Made by a program: the position numbers and the translations under genes. The notes below the pieces were generated by a model, which was not told the origin of the DNA, ran no database searches, and saw only the letters and a list, made by a program, of their open reading frames with translations. A stretch of DNA of 64,000 nt from an uncultured Fibrobacteria bacterium. GTDB taxonomy: Bacteria > Fibrobacterota > Fibrobacteria > UBA11236. The stretch covers positions 928,001 to 992,000 of the forward strand of contig OY970309.1 in NCBI GenBank assembly GCA_963716395.1. Reading direction: 5' to 3'. This document shows positions 21,134-30,138 of this stretch, in pieces. Each line of letters opens with the position of its first letter. Positions within the stretch are counted from its first letter, which is position 1.

Positions 21134-22501
21134 ATGCGCCTCGCATCGCTCAGCCTCCCCCGCAAAGCCACCCTTCTGTCGGCACTCACCGCCTTGGGTC
21201 TGGTGGCGGGAAAGTTCGCGGTGGGATGGTTTTCGGGCTCCGTAGCCGTGTTGGCTTCGGCGGCCGATTCCTTTCTCGATTTTATGGTTTCGACCTTCAA
21301 TGCCGTGGCCGTGCGCAGTGCGGAAAAACCCGGCGACGAAATGTACAACTACGGCCGGGGCAAGATGGAAGGCCTGGCCGCGGCGCTGGAAGGCCTTTGC
21401 ATTCTCGCTTCGGCGGCCTGGATCGCGCGCGAAGCCTTTATAAAACTGTTGCATCCCCGCCCCCTGTCGCCCGCGGGCCTGGGCTGGGCCATGGCCGCCA
21501 TGGCGGTTTCGCTGGCGATTACCATGGCGCTGGTGATCTATTTACAGCGCGTCTCGCGCGCTAGCGGCAACCTGGTGATCGAAGCCGACGCCCTGCATTA
21601 CCGCACCGATTTGGTTTCCAACGCCGCCGTGTTGGGAGCCATGCTCGCCATCCGTTTCACCGGCTTGAATGCCATCGATCCCCTGCTGGCCCTGGCGGTG
21701 GCCGTCTACATCGCCCAGGCTTCCCTGCCGCTTTTGCGCAAGGGGCTCAATATGCTGCTCGATCGCGCCTTGCCCGATCCCCTGGTGCTGCGCATTCGCG
21801 AAACGGCGGCCCGCCATTCGCCCCTGGTGAACGGCGTGCACGAACTCAAAACCCGCCGCTCCGGCGAAACCAACTTCGTCGAATTCCATCTGGTTTTCGA
21901 CGAACAGATCGCCCTGGGCCTGGCCCATCGCATCGCCGACGAAATCGAAATGCGCATTCGCGAATTGGATCGCGCGACCTGGGTGATCAATATCCATCTC
22001 GACCCGGTCGACGACTCCAAACGCGATCAGCGGCTGTCGGCCCCCCGGCCTTCTTCGGGCTTGTTGCTGTTCGTCCTCCTGTTGGGAGCGGCGGCCGTGG
22101 CGCACGCCGGAGCGGCGACCACGCCCGTGGGCCGCTGGAAAACCTTCGACGACAAAACCGGTTTGGCCAAATCCATCGTATCGATTTATTCCGTCGACGG
22201 CGCGCTGGCCATCCGCGTCGATTCGCTGCTCCCCCCGCCTGGCCGGGGGGCCGACCAGAATAAACTTTGTGATCGCTGTCCGGGCGAACGCAAAAACCAG
22301 CGCATCCGGGGCATGGTGGTGGGCTGGGGCCTGCGTCCCGACGGCAATACCTGGGATGGTGGGCGTATTCTCGATCCGACGAACGGAAAAATCTACCGCT
22401 GCCTTCTGCGCCTGGGGCCGGCCGGACGCACCTTGCTGGTCCGCGGCTATTTGGGAATTTCGCTGCTGGGCCGCTCGCAAACCTGGCAACGGATCGAGTA
22501 A
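21134..22501 (+). CDS. Cation diffusion facilitator (FieF-like) fused in frame to a DUF2147-like domain
   Basis: ASAADSFLD, YGRGKMEG, ADALHYRTD and IHLDP CDF motifs, then a hydrophobic segment and GRWKTFDD...GRILDP...VRGYLGISLLGRSQTWQR. Confidence 0.85.
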   Translation: MRLASLSLPRKATLLSALTALGLVAGKFAVGWFSGSVAVLASAADSFLDFMVSTFNAVAVRSAEKPGDEMYNYGRGKMEGLAAALEGLCILASAAWIAREAFIKLLHPRPLSPAGLGWAMAAMAVSLAITMALVIYLQRVSRASGNLVIEADALHYRTDLVSNAAVLGAMLAIRFTGLNAIDPLLALAVAVYIAQASLPLLRKGLNMLLDRALPDPLVLRIRETAARHSPLVNGVHELKTRRSGETNFVEFHLVFDEQIALGLAHRIADEIEMRIRELDRATWVINIHLDPVDDSKRDQRLSAPRPSSGLLLFVLLLGAAAVAHAGAATTPVGRWKTFDDKTGLAKSIVSIYSVDGALAIRVDSLLPPPGRGADQNKLCDRCPGERKNQRIRGMVVGWGLRPDGNTWDGGRILDPTNGKIYRCLLRLGPAGRTLLVRGYLGISLLGRSQTWQRIE

Positions 22502-22507
22502 AGCGGG

Positions 22508-22921
22508 CTATTTCTTTTCCGGCGGCTTGGGCGCCGTCTTCTTCGCCGCGCTGTCGTCGTCATGACCCTGCCAGGCGCAATGCTCCGGCCCCATGTCCTC
22601 GTCGCCCTTTCCCATGTCCTCTTCTTTGGCGCAAGGCAACTCTTCGCTCTTTTTGAGATTGAGATTCTTGTCGTAGCGGTAGAGATGCATGCCGCACAGC
22701 ACGATGACGCCCCCGTCGGCGGTGGCCACCATTTGCGGGCCCCGCAGGTCGATGGGGCACGCGGGCCCCATCATGGGGTGACCCATCATGGCGTGGTGCT
22801 CCCACATCTTATGATGGGCGGCATGCATGGGAGCGGACGAATCGGCGGCGGGAGGATTGGCGCCAGCCAACGGGGCGCAGAACAGGGCGGCGGCGAGGAA
22901 GACGAAATTTTGGGATCGCAT
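22508..22921 (-). CDS. Small secreted His/Met-rich hypothetical protein
   Basis: Signal peptide followed by MHAAHHKMWEHHAMMGHPMMGPACP. Confidence 0.6.
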   Translation of the reverse strand: MRSQNFVFLAAALFCAPLAGANPPAADSSAPMHAAHHKMWEHHAMMGHPMMGPACPIDLRGPQMVATADGGVIVLCGMHLYRYDKNLNLKKSEELPCAKEEDMGKGDEDMGPEHCAWQGHDDDSAAKKTAPKPPEKK

Positions 22922-23009
22922 GCGAATTCCTTTCGAAGAGATGCTGGTCGACGACACCTCTGAAAATTACAAGGGGCGCGCGCCAAAGTCATGCCGCGTC
23001 CAGCCGCGT

Positions 23010-23852
23010 TTAGCGAAAGTGATATTCGGGGTTGTTCTCCGAAAACGCGTCGGACGGCAGCGGCGGATTCAATTCCAAAAAGTGGTATTCATACCGTTCG
23101 AACAACCCGTGGCCATCCGACACGCTTTCCATGACCGGCAGGGACGTGGCGCGATCGACGCACACCTCGAGGCGCGGGGCATAGGCCGTGGGGACGAGGA
23201 GGCGGCGGCCGGCCGGAATTTCCGCCAAAGGTTTAAGGCCGGGATTCTCGCCCAGAATCCGGAAGGCGGAAAGCTGAAAACTTTTTGCGATATCCAGCAC
23301 GCTTTCCGGCTTTTCCACGGGAAGCGTGTCCTCGCCGAAAGCGGAATCGATCAGGGCGATGCGGTCGCACGGGCGACCGTCGAGACTGTCGAGGCCGAGG
23401 TTGCGCACCTGGTACAGCCCCTCTCGCAAACCCGCGGCCACGATGGCGGCGATGTATCCCGGCTGTACGTCGAACAGGGGGTGATGCCCGGTCCACAATG
23501 CGGATCCGTAAGGATCGAGCTTGACGGTAAAAAAGGGGAACCCGCGCGGATGCACCAGGGCCTTGCCGCCGAACCGGCCCGCATCCCACAGAACTTCGAC
23601 GCCGCTTTTGGGCGCGATGATTTTGGCATACAGGCGCAAGGGATGCAGCGCCAACGTCACGGTTTCATCACCCCGGTGCGTCTGGGTGCCCTCCCGTTCG
23701 CAATCGCGCAATTCGAAGCGCAAATCACGCACCTGCGGCACGGCACGCAGCATGGTCTGCAAAATTTTGACCGCCGTCGAATCCCCGGCGCCCTGGGCGG
23801 ACAACACGCCCAGCAGCCCGAAACCGGCCATTAGCAATCGGCGCGGCTTCAC
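23010..23852 (-). CDS. Secreted DUF1571-like protein with a LysM-like insert
   Basis: Signal peptide; LDPYGS; LysM-like VEKPESVLDIAKSFQLSAFRILGENP; C-terminal LFERYEYHFLELNP...FSENNPEYHF. Confidence 0.65.
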   Translation of the reverse strand: MKPRRLLMAGFGLLGVLSAQGAGDSTAVKILQTMLRAVPQVRDLRFELRDCEREGTQTHRGDETVTLALHPLRLYAKIIAPKSGVEVLWDAGRFGGKALVHPRGFPFFTVKLDPYGSALWTGHHPLFDVQPGYIAAIVAAGLREGLYQVRNLGLDSLDGRPCDRIALIDSAFGEDTLPVEKPESVLDIAKSFQLSAFRILGENPGLKPLAEIPAGRRLLVPTAYAPRLEVCVDRATSLPVMESVSDGHGLFERYEYHFLELNPPLPSDAFSENNPEYHFR

Positions 23853-23906
23853 GGGTTCCTCATCTCCCCGGCGGGCGACGTGGGCCGCAGGGCCGGGGCA
23901 ACATGG

Positions 23907-24410
23907 CTAAAGAATCACCGGCGCATCGGGCAATTCGTTGCGCCCGCCGTCCGCATGGGGAAAATGCCGTTCCAACTGCTCCGTCACTTCCGCGATACCC
24001 TGGGCCAACCCCGCTTCGAAACGGCCCTGGCGAAAGGCGGCTTGCATGCGCCCGCAGATTTCCCGCCAGACGGCGGCGCCGACTACGCGGTGCACACCTC
24101 GGTCCGCCACGATCTCGACTTGCCGGTCGGCGAACAGGAGATAGAGCAGCACGCCGTTGTTGGCTTCGGTATCCCAAATCCGAAGCTGCGAAAAAACTTC
24201 CAGGGCGCGCTCGCGGGCGGTCACCCCGCGCCACAACCGCGGCAATTCGAGCGCGGCTTCAAGGGCCAGCCGGACCTGCCCGCTGTGCCGCTTTTCGCTG
24301 GCCGCCGTGGCCTGCGTCAATCGCTGCAAGGCGGCTTTGGGCAGGGCCCGGCGCAAGGCGCGCCGCCCGTGCAATTCGTGTCGCATCCAACGTGTCACGT
24401 TCCAGTCCAT
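23907..24410 (-). CDS. TPM-domain protein
   Basis: SEKRHSGQVR, TEANNGVLLYL, VADRG and NELPD motifs. Confidence 0.88.
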   Translation of the reverse strand: MDWNVTRWMRHELHGRRALRRALPKAALQRLTQATAASEKRHSGQVRLALEAALELPRLWRGVTARERALEVFSQLRIWDTEANNGVLLYLLFADRQVEIVADRGVHRVVGAAVWREICGRMQAAFRQGRFEAGLAQGIAEVTEQLERHFPHADGGRNELPDAPVIL

Positions 24411-24416
24411 AGTAAC

Positions 24417-25316
24417 CTACCAGTTCCCCGAGGCGCCGCCGCCGCCGAAGGAGCCGCCACCGCCGCCGAAGCCCCCGCCGCCCCCGAAACCGCCGCCGCC
24501 GAAGCCCCCGCCGCCGAAGCCCCCGCCGCCAAAACCACCCGGATAAAAGCCGCCGCCCCCGAACATTCCCCCGCCGCCCATCAGCACGAACACAAAGGCG
24601 CATAAACCCAGCACCACGCTGAGTATCAGCGAACCGAGCACGAACCAGATGGCGAATCCGAGCAGAATGCCGCCCAAGGCGCCGCCGAAAATGCGGCCGA
24701 ACAACATGCGCAACACCACGATTCCGGCGATAGCCAAAATCAACAAAGTTTGCAGGGGAAAGCGACCCGGACCGGAAGCGGGGGGTGTTTTCGGCGGCGG
24801 CAGAGGTTCTCCCGAAACCACCTTGCCCACGGCCTGCACCACGGCCTGAATGCCGCCGTAGAAATCGCCCTGCTTGAATTGCGGGGCCGCAATTTCGTCG
24901 ATGATGCGGTTGCACAAGGCATCGGGCAAGGCGCCTTCGAGGCCGTAGCCGACTTCGAGACGCATGGCATGATCGTTTTTGGCGATGAGGAAAAGCACGC
25001 CATCGTCGACTTTTTTCCGGCCCAATTTCCAGGCCTCGACCACGCGCAGCGAATATTGCTCAATGGCCTCGGGCTTGGTCGTCGGCACGATGAGCACCGC
25101 GATTTGGGCGCCCTTGCTTTTTTCCAGGGCGGCCAATTGCGCTTCCAGCGTGCCGATTTGATCGGCGGACAGGGTGCCGGTCTCATCGGTAACCCGTGCG
25201 CTTAGCGGAGGGATGGGTTGCAGGTCGATGGCCCGCACCGGTGTCGCCACCAGGCCCAGCAATCCGAGCGCGCCGACGCAGGCCAGCGTCACGCGCCGGT
25301 TACGCCGGTTAATCAT
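24417..25316 (-). CDS. TPM-domain (YgcG-like) protein with a Gly-rich tail
   Basis: WKLGRKKVDDGVL, EVGYGLEGALPD and C-terminal GGGSFGGGGASGNW. Confidence 0.9.
   Translation of the reverse strand: MINRRNRRVTLACVGALGLLGLVATPVRAIDLQPIPPLSARVTDETGTLSADQIGTLEAQLAALEKSKGAQIAVLIVPTTKPEAIEQYSLRVVEAWKLGRKKVDDGVLFLIAKNDHAMRLEVGYGLEGALPDALCNRIIDEIAAPQFKQGDFYGGIQAVVQAVGKVVSGEPLPPPKTPPASGPGRFPLQTLLILAIAGIVVLRMLFGRIFGGALGGILLGFAIWFVLGSLILSVVLGLCAFVFVLMGGGGMFGGGGFYPGGFGGGGFGGGGFGGGGFGGGGGFGGGGGSFGGGGASGNW
24430..24575 (-). repeat. Degenerate 15-bp coding repeat encoding (GGGGF)n
   Basis: Tandem ccgccgccgaagccc-like units in the TPM gene tail. Confidence 0.8.
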
Positions 25317-25965
25317 GGGCCGGGGATGCGGGCGCGGCGGCCGGGGGCGTGTCGAAATCAACCTTGGGCGCGGTGGAAATCGCGGCTTCGTTCTCCACCG
25401 AAAAATTGGCCTTGGGGGTGTAATGGAACCACTTGGCCGTCAGGTTCGAGGGAAAAGAGCGCACCAGAATGTTGTACTGTTTCACGGCATCGATATAGCG
25501 GCCGCGCGCCACGGTGATGCGGTTCTCGGTACCTTCAAGTTGGGCCTGCAAATCGCGGAACAAGCCGTCGGCCTTGAGCTGCGGGTAATTCTCCGACACG
25601 GCCATGAGGCGCGACAACGCGCCGGTCATCTGGCTCTGCGCCGCCATGAACTTCGCGAAAGCGGCCTTGTCGTTGATGAGCGCCGGCGTGGCCTGAATCG
25701 AACCCACCCGCGCGCGGGCTTCGGCAACCTCGGAGAACACCTTCTCTTCGTGGGCTGCGTAGCCCTTGACCACCCGCACCAGGTTGGGCACCAAATCGGC
25801 GCGTCGCTGGTATTGGTTCACCACTTCGGACCATTGCGCCTTGACCTGCTCATCGAGCTGTTGAAAGCGGTTATAGCCGCAGCCGGCCAGGCCCAGCGCC
25901 AAGAGGCCGAACACGAAGGCGCGCCAGCGGCGCGGGAAGGAAGGGGAAATGGAAAAATTGTTCAT
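25309..25965 (-). CDS. lemA: LemA family protein
   Basis: GCGYN, YQRRADLVPNLV, ENYPQLKA and LEGTENRITVAR motifs. Confidence 0.94.
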   Translation of the reverse strand: MNNFSISPSFPRRWRAFVFGLLALGLAGCGYNRFQQLDEQVKAQWSEVVNQYQRRADLVPNLVRVVKGYAAHEEKVFSEVAEARARVGSIQATPALINDKAAFAKFMAAQSQMTGALSRLMAVSENYPQLKADGLFRDLQAQLEGTENRITVARGRYIDAVKQYNILVRSFPSNLTAKWFHYTPKANFSVENEAAISTAPKVDFDTPPAAAPASPAHD

Positions 25966-26063
25966 GAGGACTCTCCCGGAATGCGTTCCGAAAAAGATAC
26001 CCAACGCGTCGCCTCGTCGGCGTTTCTAATTTTTTTCCGGTTCCACTGCCCTCCGGGAAAACC

Positions 26064-26966
26064 GTGCACGCCTTTCTTCAGCAAATCATCAACGGCATTT
26101 CCCTGGGCAGCATCTACGCTTTGCTGGCCTTGGGATATACCATGGTCTACGGCGTATTGCGCCTGATCAATTTCGCGCACGGCGACATCTATATGGTCGG
26201 CGCCTTCGTCGGATATTACACCAGCCGCGTTTTGCACGGGCGGCTGCCCGGCGGGCATTGGAGCGAAACCGCGGTGGTCCTGGCCATATCCATGCTGAGT
26301 TGCGCGGTGCTGGGCATGCTCATTGAACGCTTCGCCTACCGGCCGGTGCGCAACGCCCCGCGTCTTACCGCCCTCATCATCGCCATCGGCGTTTCGCTCT
26401 TCCTGGAAAACCTGGGGCAACTCGTGTTCGGCGCCGATCCCAAATTCTTTCCCCAAATCATTCCCGCGCGGCCCATCGCCCTGGGTGGGTTGTCGCTCAG
26501 CAACCAGCAGGTCATCGTGCTGGCTGTGGCGCTGGCAATGATGGCGGGCCTCAGCGTTTTCGTGTACTACACCAGAACCGGCAAGGCCATGCGCGCCGTC
26601 TCGTTCAACCTTGAAGCCGCCAAACTCATGGGCATTGATACCGACGGCGTGATTCGCCTCACCTTCGCCGTGGGATCGGCCCTGGCCGCGGCCGCGGGCA
26701 TTCTGGTGTCGCTGAACCAGCCGGGCATCGATCCGCTCATGGGGGTGCTCACCGGCATCAAGGCCTTCGTGGCCGCCGTGCTGGGCGGCATCGGCAACAT
26801 CGTAGGCGCGGTGCTGGGCGGGTTGATTCTCGGCCTGGCCGAAACCCTGGTCGCGGGATACGGGTCGTCGACCTACCGCGACGCCATTGCCTTTCTCATT
26901 CTTATCGCCATCCTGCTGTTCAAGCCCGAAGGCCTGCTCGGCAAGGGAACTGTTGAGAAGGTGTGA
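26064..26966 (+). CDS. livH: Branched-chain amino acid ABC permease
   Basis: GSIYALLALGYTMVYGVLRLINFAHG and KAFVAAVLGGIG motifs. Confidence 0.93.
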   Translation: MHAFLQQIINGISLGSIYALLALGYTMVYGVLRLINFAHGDIYMVGAFVGYYTSRVLHGRLPGGHWSETAVVLAISMLSCAVLGMLIERFAYRPVRNAPRLTALIIAIGVSLFLENLGQLVFGADPKFFPQIIPARPIALGGLSLSNQQVIVLAVALAMMAGLSVFVYYTRTGKAMRAVSFNLEAAKLMGIDTDGVIRLTFAVGSALAAAAGILVSLNQPGIDPLMGVLTGIKAFVAAVLGGIGNIVGAVLGGLILGLAETLVAGYGSSTYRDAIAFLILIAILLFKPEGLLGKGTVEKV

Positions 26967-27122
26967 TTGATAGAAAATGAAAATTTCCAAGCGCGAAGTT
27001 CAAATTGAATTCGAGGGTGCACGGTTACCCGAATGCAAACGCATCTCCAATTCGCTTGGCAAAATTTGTATCGGGCGCTTTGCACGTTGCAAATTGCCTT
27101 GCGCCCCCCGACAGGGTCGCTT
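26967..27122. repeat. Intergenic element with degenerate 7-bp-periodic arms in inverted orientation
   Basis: Left: tagaaaa/tgaaaat/ttccaag/cgcgaag/ttcaaat. Right: TTG at 27066, 27080, 27087 and 27094. Confidence 0.5.
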
Positions 27123-28100
27123 GTGAAGCGCTGGCTGTGGATACTCGGCACCATCGCCGGCTTGGCTTTGTTCAGCCGCGGCGTGGACGCATTTCTGCTG
27201 ACAGGCCCGATTCGCGAAGGTCCCTACTTTTACCAGATTCTGATGCTGGCCGGTATCAACATCATGCTGGCGGTGTCGCTGAACCTCATCAACGGCGTCG
27301 CCGGGCAGTTCTCCATCGGCCATGCCGGCTTTTTCGCGGTGGGGGCCTATAGCGCGGCCTGCGTCTCCGTATACGGCGGTCCCGGCCTGCACGCCTTGAT
27401 CGGGGCCGCGCCCCAATGGGTGCAGCCGGCCCTGATTCTGCTTCCGGCCTTGGCGGTCGGCGCCGGGGCGGCGGCCGCGGCGGGATTACTGGTCGGCATT
27501 CCCTCGCTGCGCCTGCGCGGGGATTACCTGGCCATCGTCACTTTGGGGTTCGGCGAAATCATCCGCGTGCTCATCCTCAACATCAATGCGGTGGGCGGCG
27601 CGCGCGGATTCAGCGGCATTCCCAAACTCAGCAATTTCTTCTGGGTGTACGCCGGGGTTTTGGCGGTCATCGTGGTCTCGCGCAACCTGGTGCGCTCGGG
27701 ATTCGGCCGCGCCCTGCTTTCCATCCGCGAAGACGAAATCGCCGCCGAAGCGGTGGGGGTGCCTGTGACCCGCTACAAGGTGATGGCCTTCGTGCTCTCC
27801 GCGGCCTTTGCGGGATTGGCCGGTGGGTTGTTCGGCCATTTCACCATGTACCTGCACACCAATTCCTTTACCTTCGTGAAAAGCTTCGAGATCATCATCA
27901 TGATCGCGCTCGGCGGCCTGGGCAGTTTGCCCGGCGCCGTATTGGGTGCGATCGTGGTCACGGTTATGCCCGAAGCCTTTCGGGGATTCGCGCAGTACCG
28001 CATGGTGGTGTACGCGCTGGCGCTCATCCTCATCATGATTTACCGCCCCCAGGGACTGCTCGGCACCGCCGGCTTGCTGGGCCGCAAACGCGATTCCTGA
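27123..28100 (+). CDS. livM: Branched-chain amino acid ABC permease
   Basis: GQFSIGHAGF, RLRGDYLAIVTLGFGEI and IREDEIAAEAVG motifs; GTG start at 27123 inferred. Confidence 0.92.
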   Translation: MKRWLWILGTIAGLALFSRGVDAFLLTGPIREGPYFYQILMLAGINIMLAVSLNLINGVAGQFSIGHAGFFAVGAYSAACVSVYGGPGLHALIGAAPQWVQPALILLPALAVGAGAAAAAGLLVGIPSLRLRGDYLAIVTLGFGEIIRVLILNINAVGGARGFSGIPKLSNFFWVYAGVLAVIVVSRNLVRSGFGRALLSIREDEIAAEAVGVPVTRYKVMAFVLSAAFAGLAGGLFGHFTMYLHTNSFTFVKSFEIIIMIALGGLGSLPGAVLGAIVVTVMPEAFRGFAQYRMVVYALALILIMIYRPQGLLGTAGLLGRKRDS

Positions 28101-28861
28101 TGGCCCTGTTGCGCCTCGACCGCGTGACGCGCCGCTTCGGCGGCCTGACGGCCGTGCAGAACGTTTCGTTCGCCATCGCGCCGGGACAGTTGTTCGGGCT
28201 CATCGGTCCCAACGGCGCGGGTAAAACCACCCTGTTCAACCTGGTGTCCGGCGTATACGCCCCCAACTCGGGTTCCATCGCGTTGGAAACGCGCTCCATC
28301 GGGGGGCTGCCGCCGCATCGCATCGCCGGTTTCGGCGTGGCCCGCACCTTTCAGAACATCCGCCTCTTCAGCGGCTTGAGCGCGCTCGACAACGTCAAGG
28401 TGGCCTGCCATCTGCGCGCGCATCCCTCGCTATGGGCTGCCTTGGGGCGCACCGCCGGCTTTACGCGCAGCGAACGCGACACCGAGGACTTCTGCCGGCA
28501 TCTGCTGGAGCTGCTCCAGCTCGCAACCTATGCCGGCGAGGAGGCGCGCCATCTGCCCTACGGCCATCAACGGCGTCTCGAAATCGCGCGCGCCCTGGCC
28601 ACCCGGCCCAAACTGCTGCTGCTCGACGAGCCCGCGGCCGGCATGAACCCGCAGGAGTCGCAGGACCTCATGCAATTGATCCGCCGGCTGCGCGACGAAT
28701 TCCACCTGACCATTCTGTTGGTGGAGCACAACATGAAGGTGGTCATGGGCGTCTGCGAACGCGTACACGTCATGGAATACGGCCAAAGCATCGCCGAAGG
28801 CACGCCCGAGGAAATCCGCCGCGATCCCAAGGTGGTGCGCGCTTATCTGGGGGAAGAGTGA
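28100..28861 (+). CDS. livG: Branched-chain amino acid ABC ATPase
   Basis: GPNGAGKTT, ARTFQNIRLF, LPYGHQRRLEIARAL and LLDEPAAG motifs. Confidence 0.94.
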   Translation: MALLRLDRVTRRFGGLTAVQNVSFAIAPGQLFGLIGPNGAGKTTLFNLVSGVYAPNSGSIALETRSIGGLPPHRIAGFGVARTFQNIRLFSGLSALDNVKVACHLRAHPSLWAALGRTAGFTRSERDTEDFCRHLLELLQLATYAGEEARHLPYGHQRRLEIARALATRPKLLLLDEPAAGMNPQESQDLMQLIRRLRDEFHLTILLVEHNMKVVMGVCERVHVMEYGQSIAEGTPEEIRRDPKVVRAYLGEE

Positions 28862-29044
28862 CGCCGATGCCATGGCAAAATTCAAAGTGCCGTTCGGGAA
28901 AAGCCGCGATCCCTTCGGCCGGGCGAATCGGTTGTGTGGCTCCAGCCTTACCCCCCTGTTGGCGCGCAATTATTACATGTGATTACCGTATCCAAATTTT
29001 ACAATTTAAATTTCACGCTTTGCCGTTGGCTGTTTGATTTCCGG
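28862..29044. repeat. Second intergenic element with degenerate 7-bp-periodic arms
   Basis: Right arm tttacaa/tttaaat/ttcacgc/tttgccg/ttggctg/tttgatt (28998-29039); left arm ggcaaaa/ttcaaag. Confidence 0.5.
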
Positions 29045-29758
29045 ATGTCCCACCTGCTCGATCTCCGCCGCGTCTCCTGCCGTTACGGCGCCGTGCAAGC
29101 ACTGCGCGGCGTGCATCTCAAAGTCGACGCCGGCGAAATGGTGACCCTCATCGGCGCCAACGGCGCGGGCAAAAGCACCACGCTGAAATCCATCGTCGGC
29201 TTGGTCCGCCCCGAAGCCGGTGAAATCCTGTTCGAAGGCCGTTCGCTGCTGAAAATTCCCACCCATCGCATCGTCGGCCTGGGCATCGCATTGGTGCCTG
29301 AAGGCCGCGCAGTGTTCGCCAATCTCACGGTGCGCGAAAATCTGGAACTGGGCGGTTACCTGCGCCGCGCCGCTGAAAACCGCAGCAGCCTGGAACGCAC
29401 CTTCGCCTTGTTTCCCCGCCTGCAAGAAAGAATCCGCCAGGTGGCGGGAACGTTGAGCGGCGGCGAGCAGCAAATGCTGGCTATCGGGCGCGCGCTGATG
29501 GCCAAGCCGCGTCTGCTGTTGCTCGACGAACCGTCGCTGGGCATTGCGCCGATCTTGGTGAAGTCCATCTATCAGGGTATCGACGCCATCAACCGCGAAG
29601 GCACCACCGTGCTGGTGGTGGAGCAGAACGCGCATCTGGCGCTGCGCCACAGCCATCGCGCCTATGTACTGGAATCCGGAAGCATGGTGATGGAAGGGAC
29701 GTCGGGCGATTTAGCCCGGGATTCCCGCGTGCAAGAAGCCTATCTCGGCGAACGCTGA
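29045..29758 (+). CDS. livF: Branched-chain amino acid ABC ATPase
   Basis: GANGAGKST, VPEGR, LSGGEQQMLAIGRAL and DEPSLG motifs. Confidence 0.94.
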   Translation: MSHLLDLRRVSCRYGAVQALRGVHLKVDAGEMVTLIGANGAGKSTTLKSIVGLVRPEAGEILFEGRSLLKIPTHRIVGLGIALVPEGRAVFANLTVRENLELGGYLRRAAENRSSLERTFALFPRLQERIRQVAGTLSGGEQQMLAIGRALMAKPRLLLLDEPSLGIAPILVKSIYQGIDAINREGTTVLVVEQNAHLALRHSHRAYVLESGSMVMEGTSGDLARDSRVQEAYLGER

Positions 29759-29775
29759 AGAGGCCGGAAACGCCC

Positions 29776-30138
29776 CTATTTGTATTTCGGCAGCCAGGCG
29801 AAGAGGAAACCGCTTTCGAACCAGACATGAATGTCTTCGGCGCGGATGGCTCCCGGCAGGCGGAAGGTTTTGTGAAAGCCGGCCGGGTGCGCACCGCGGC
29901 AACAGCCGGACAATTCCAGCAAGCCGTGGCGAAAGGCGATGCGCACGTCTTCGCGGCCGCAGTCGGGCATTTCGGCCAGCAGCAAAAAGCCGTCTTCGTC
30001 GTTCAACACCTTGGCCGGCGGAAACAATTCGTTTTCCGCTTCAGAAATGTCCGGCATTTCGTACAGAGTCGTCCGACCCCATCCCGCGTGGCGCCAATCA
30101 TCGAATTCATCCATCCCTTTGCGCATCGGCTCCTCCAT
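29776..30138 (-). CDS. Hsp20/alpha-crystallin family small heat-shock protein (divergent)
   Basis: AEMPD...EDVRI...GLLELSG...FHKTFRLP...GFLFAWLPK pattern; start uncertain. Confidence 0.72.
   Translation of the reverse strand: MEEPMRKGMDEFDDWRHAGWGRTTLYEMPDISEAENELFPPAKVLNDEDGFLLLAEMPDCGREDVRIAFRHGLLELSGCCRGAHPAGFHKTFRLPGAIRAEDIHVWFESGFLFAWLPKYK

Noticed and set aside
24430-24575. GC-rich tandem repeats as a possible CRISPR or VNTR element
   Set aside because: No spacers; they encode the usual Gly-rich tail of TPM proteins.
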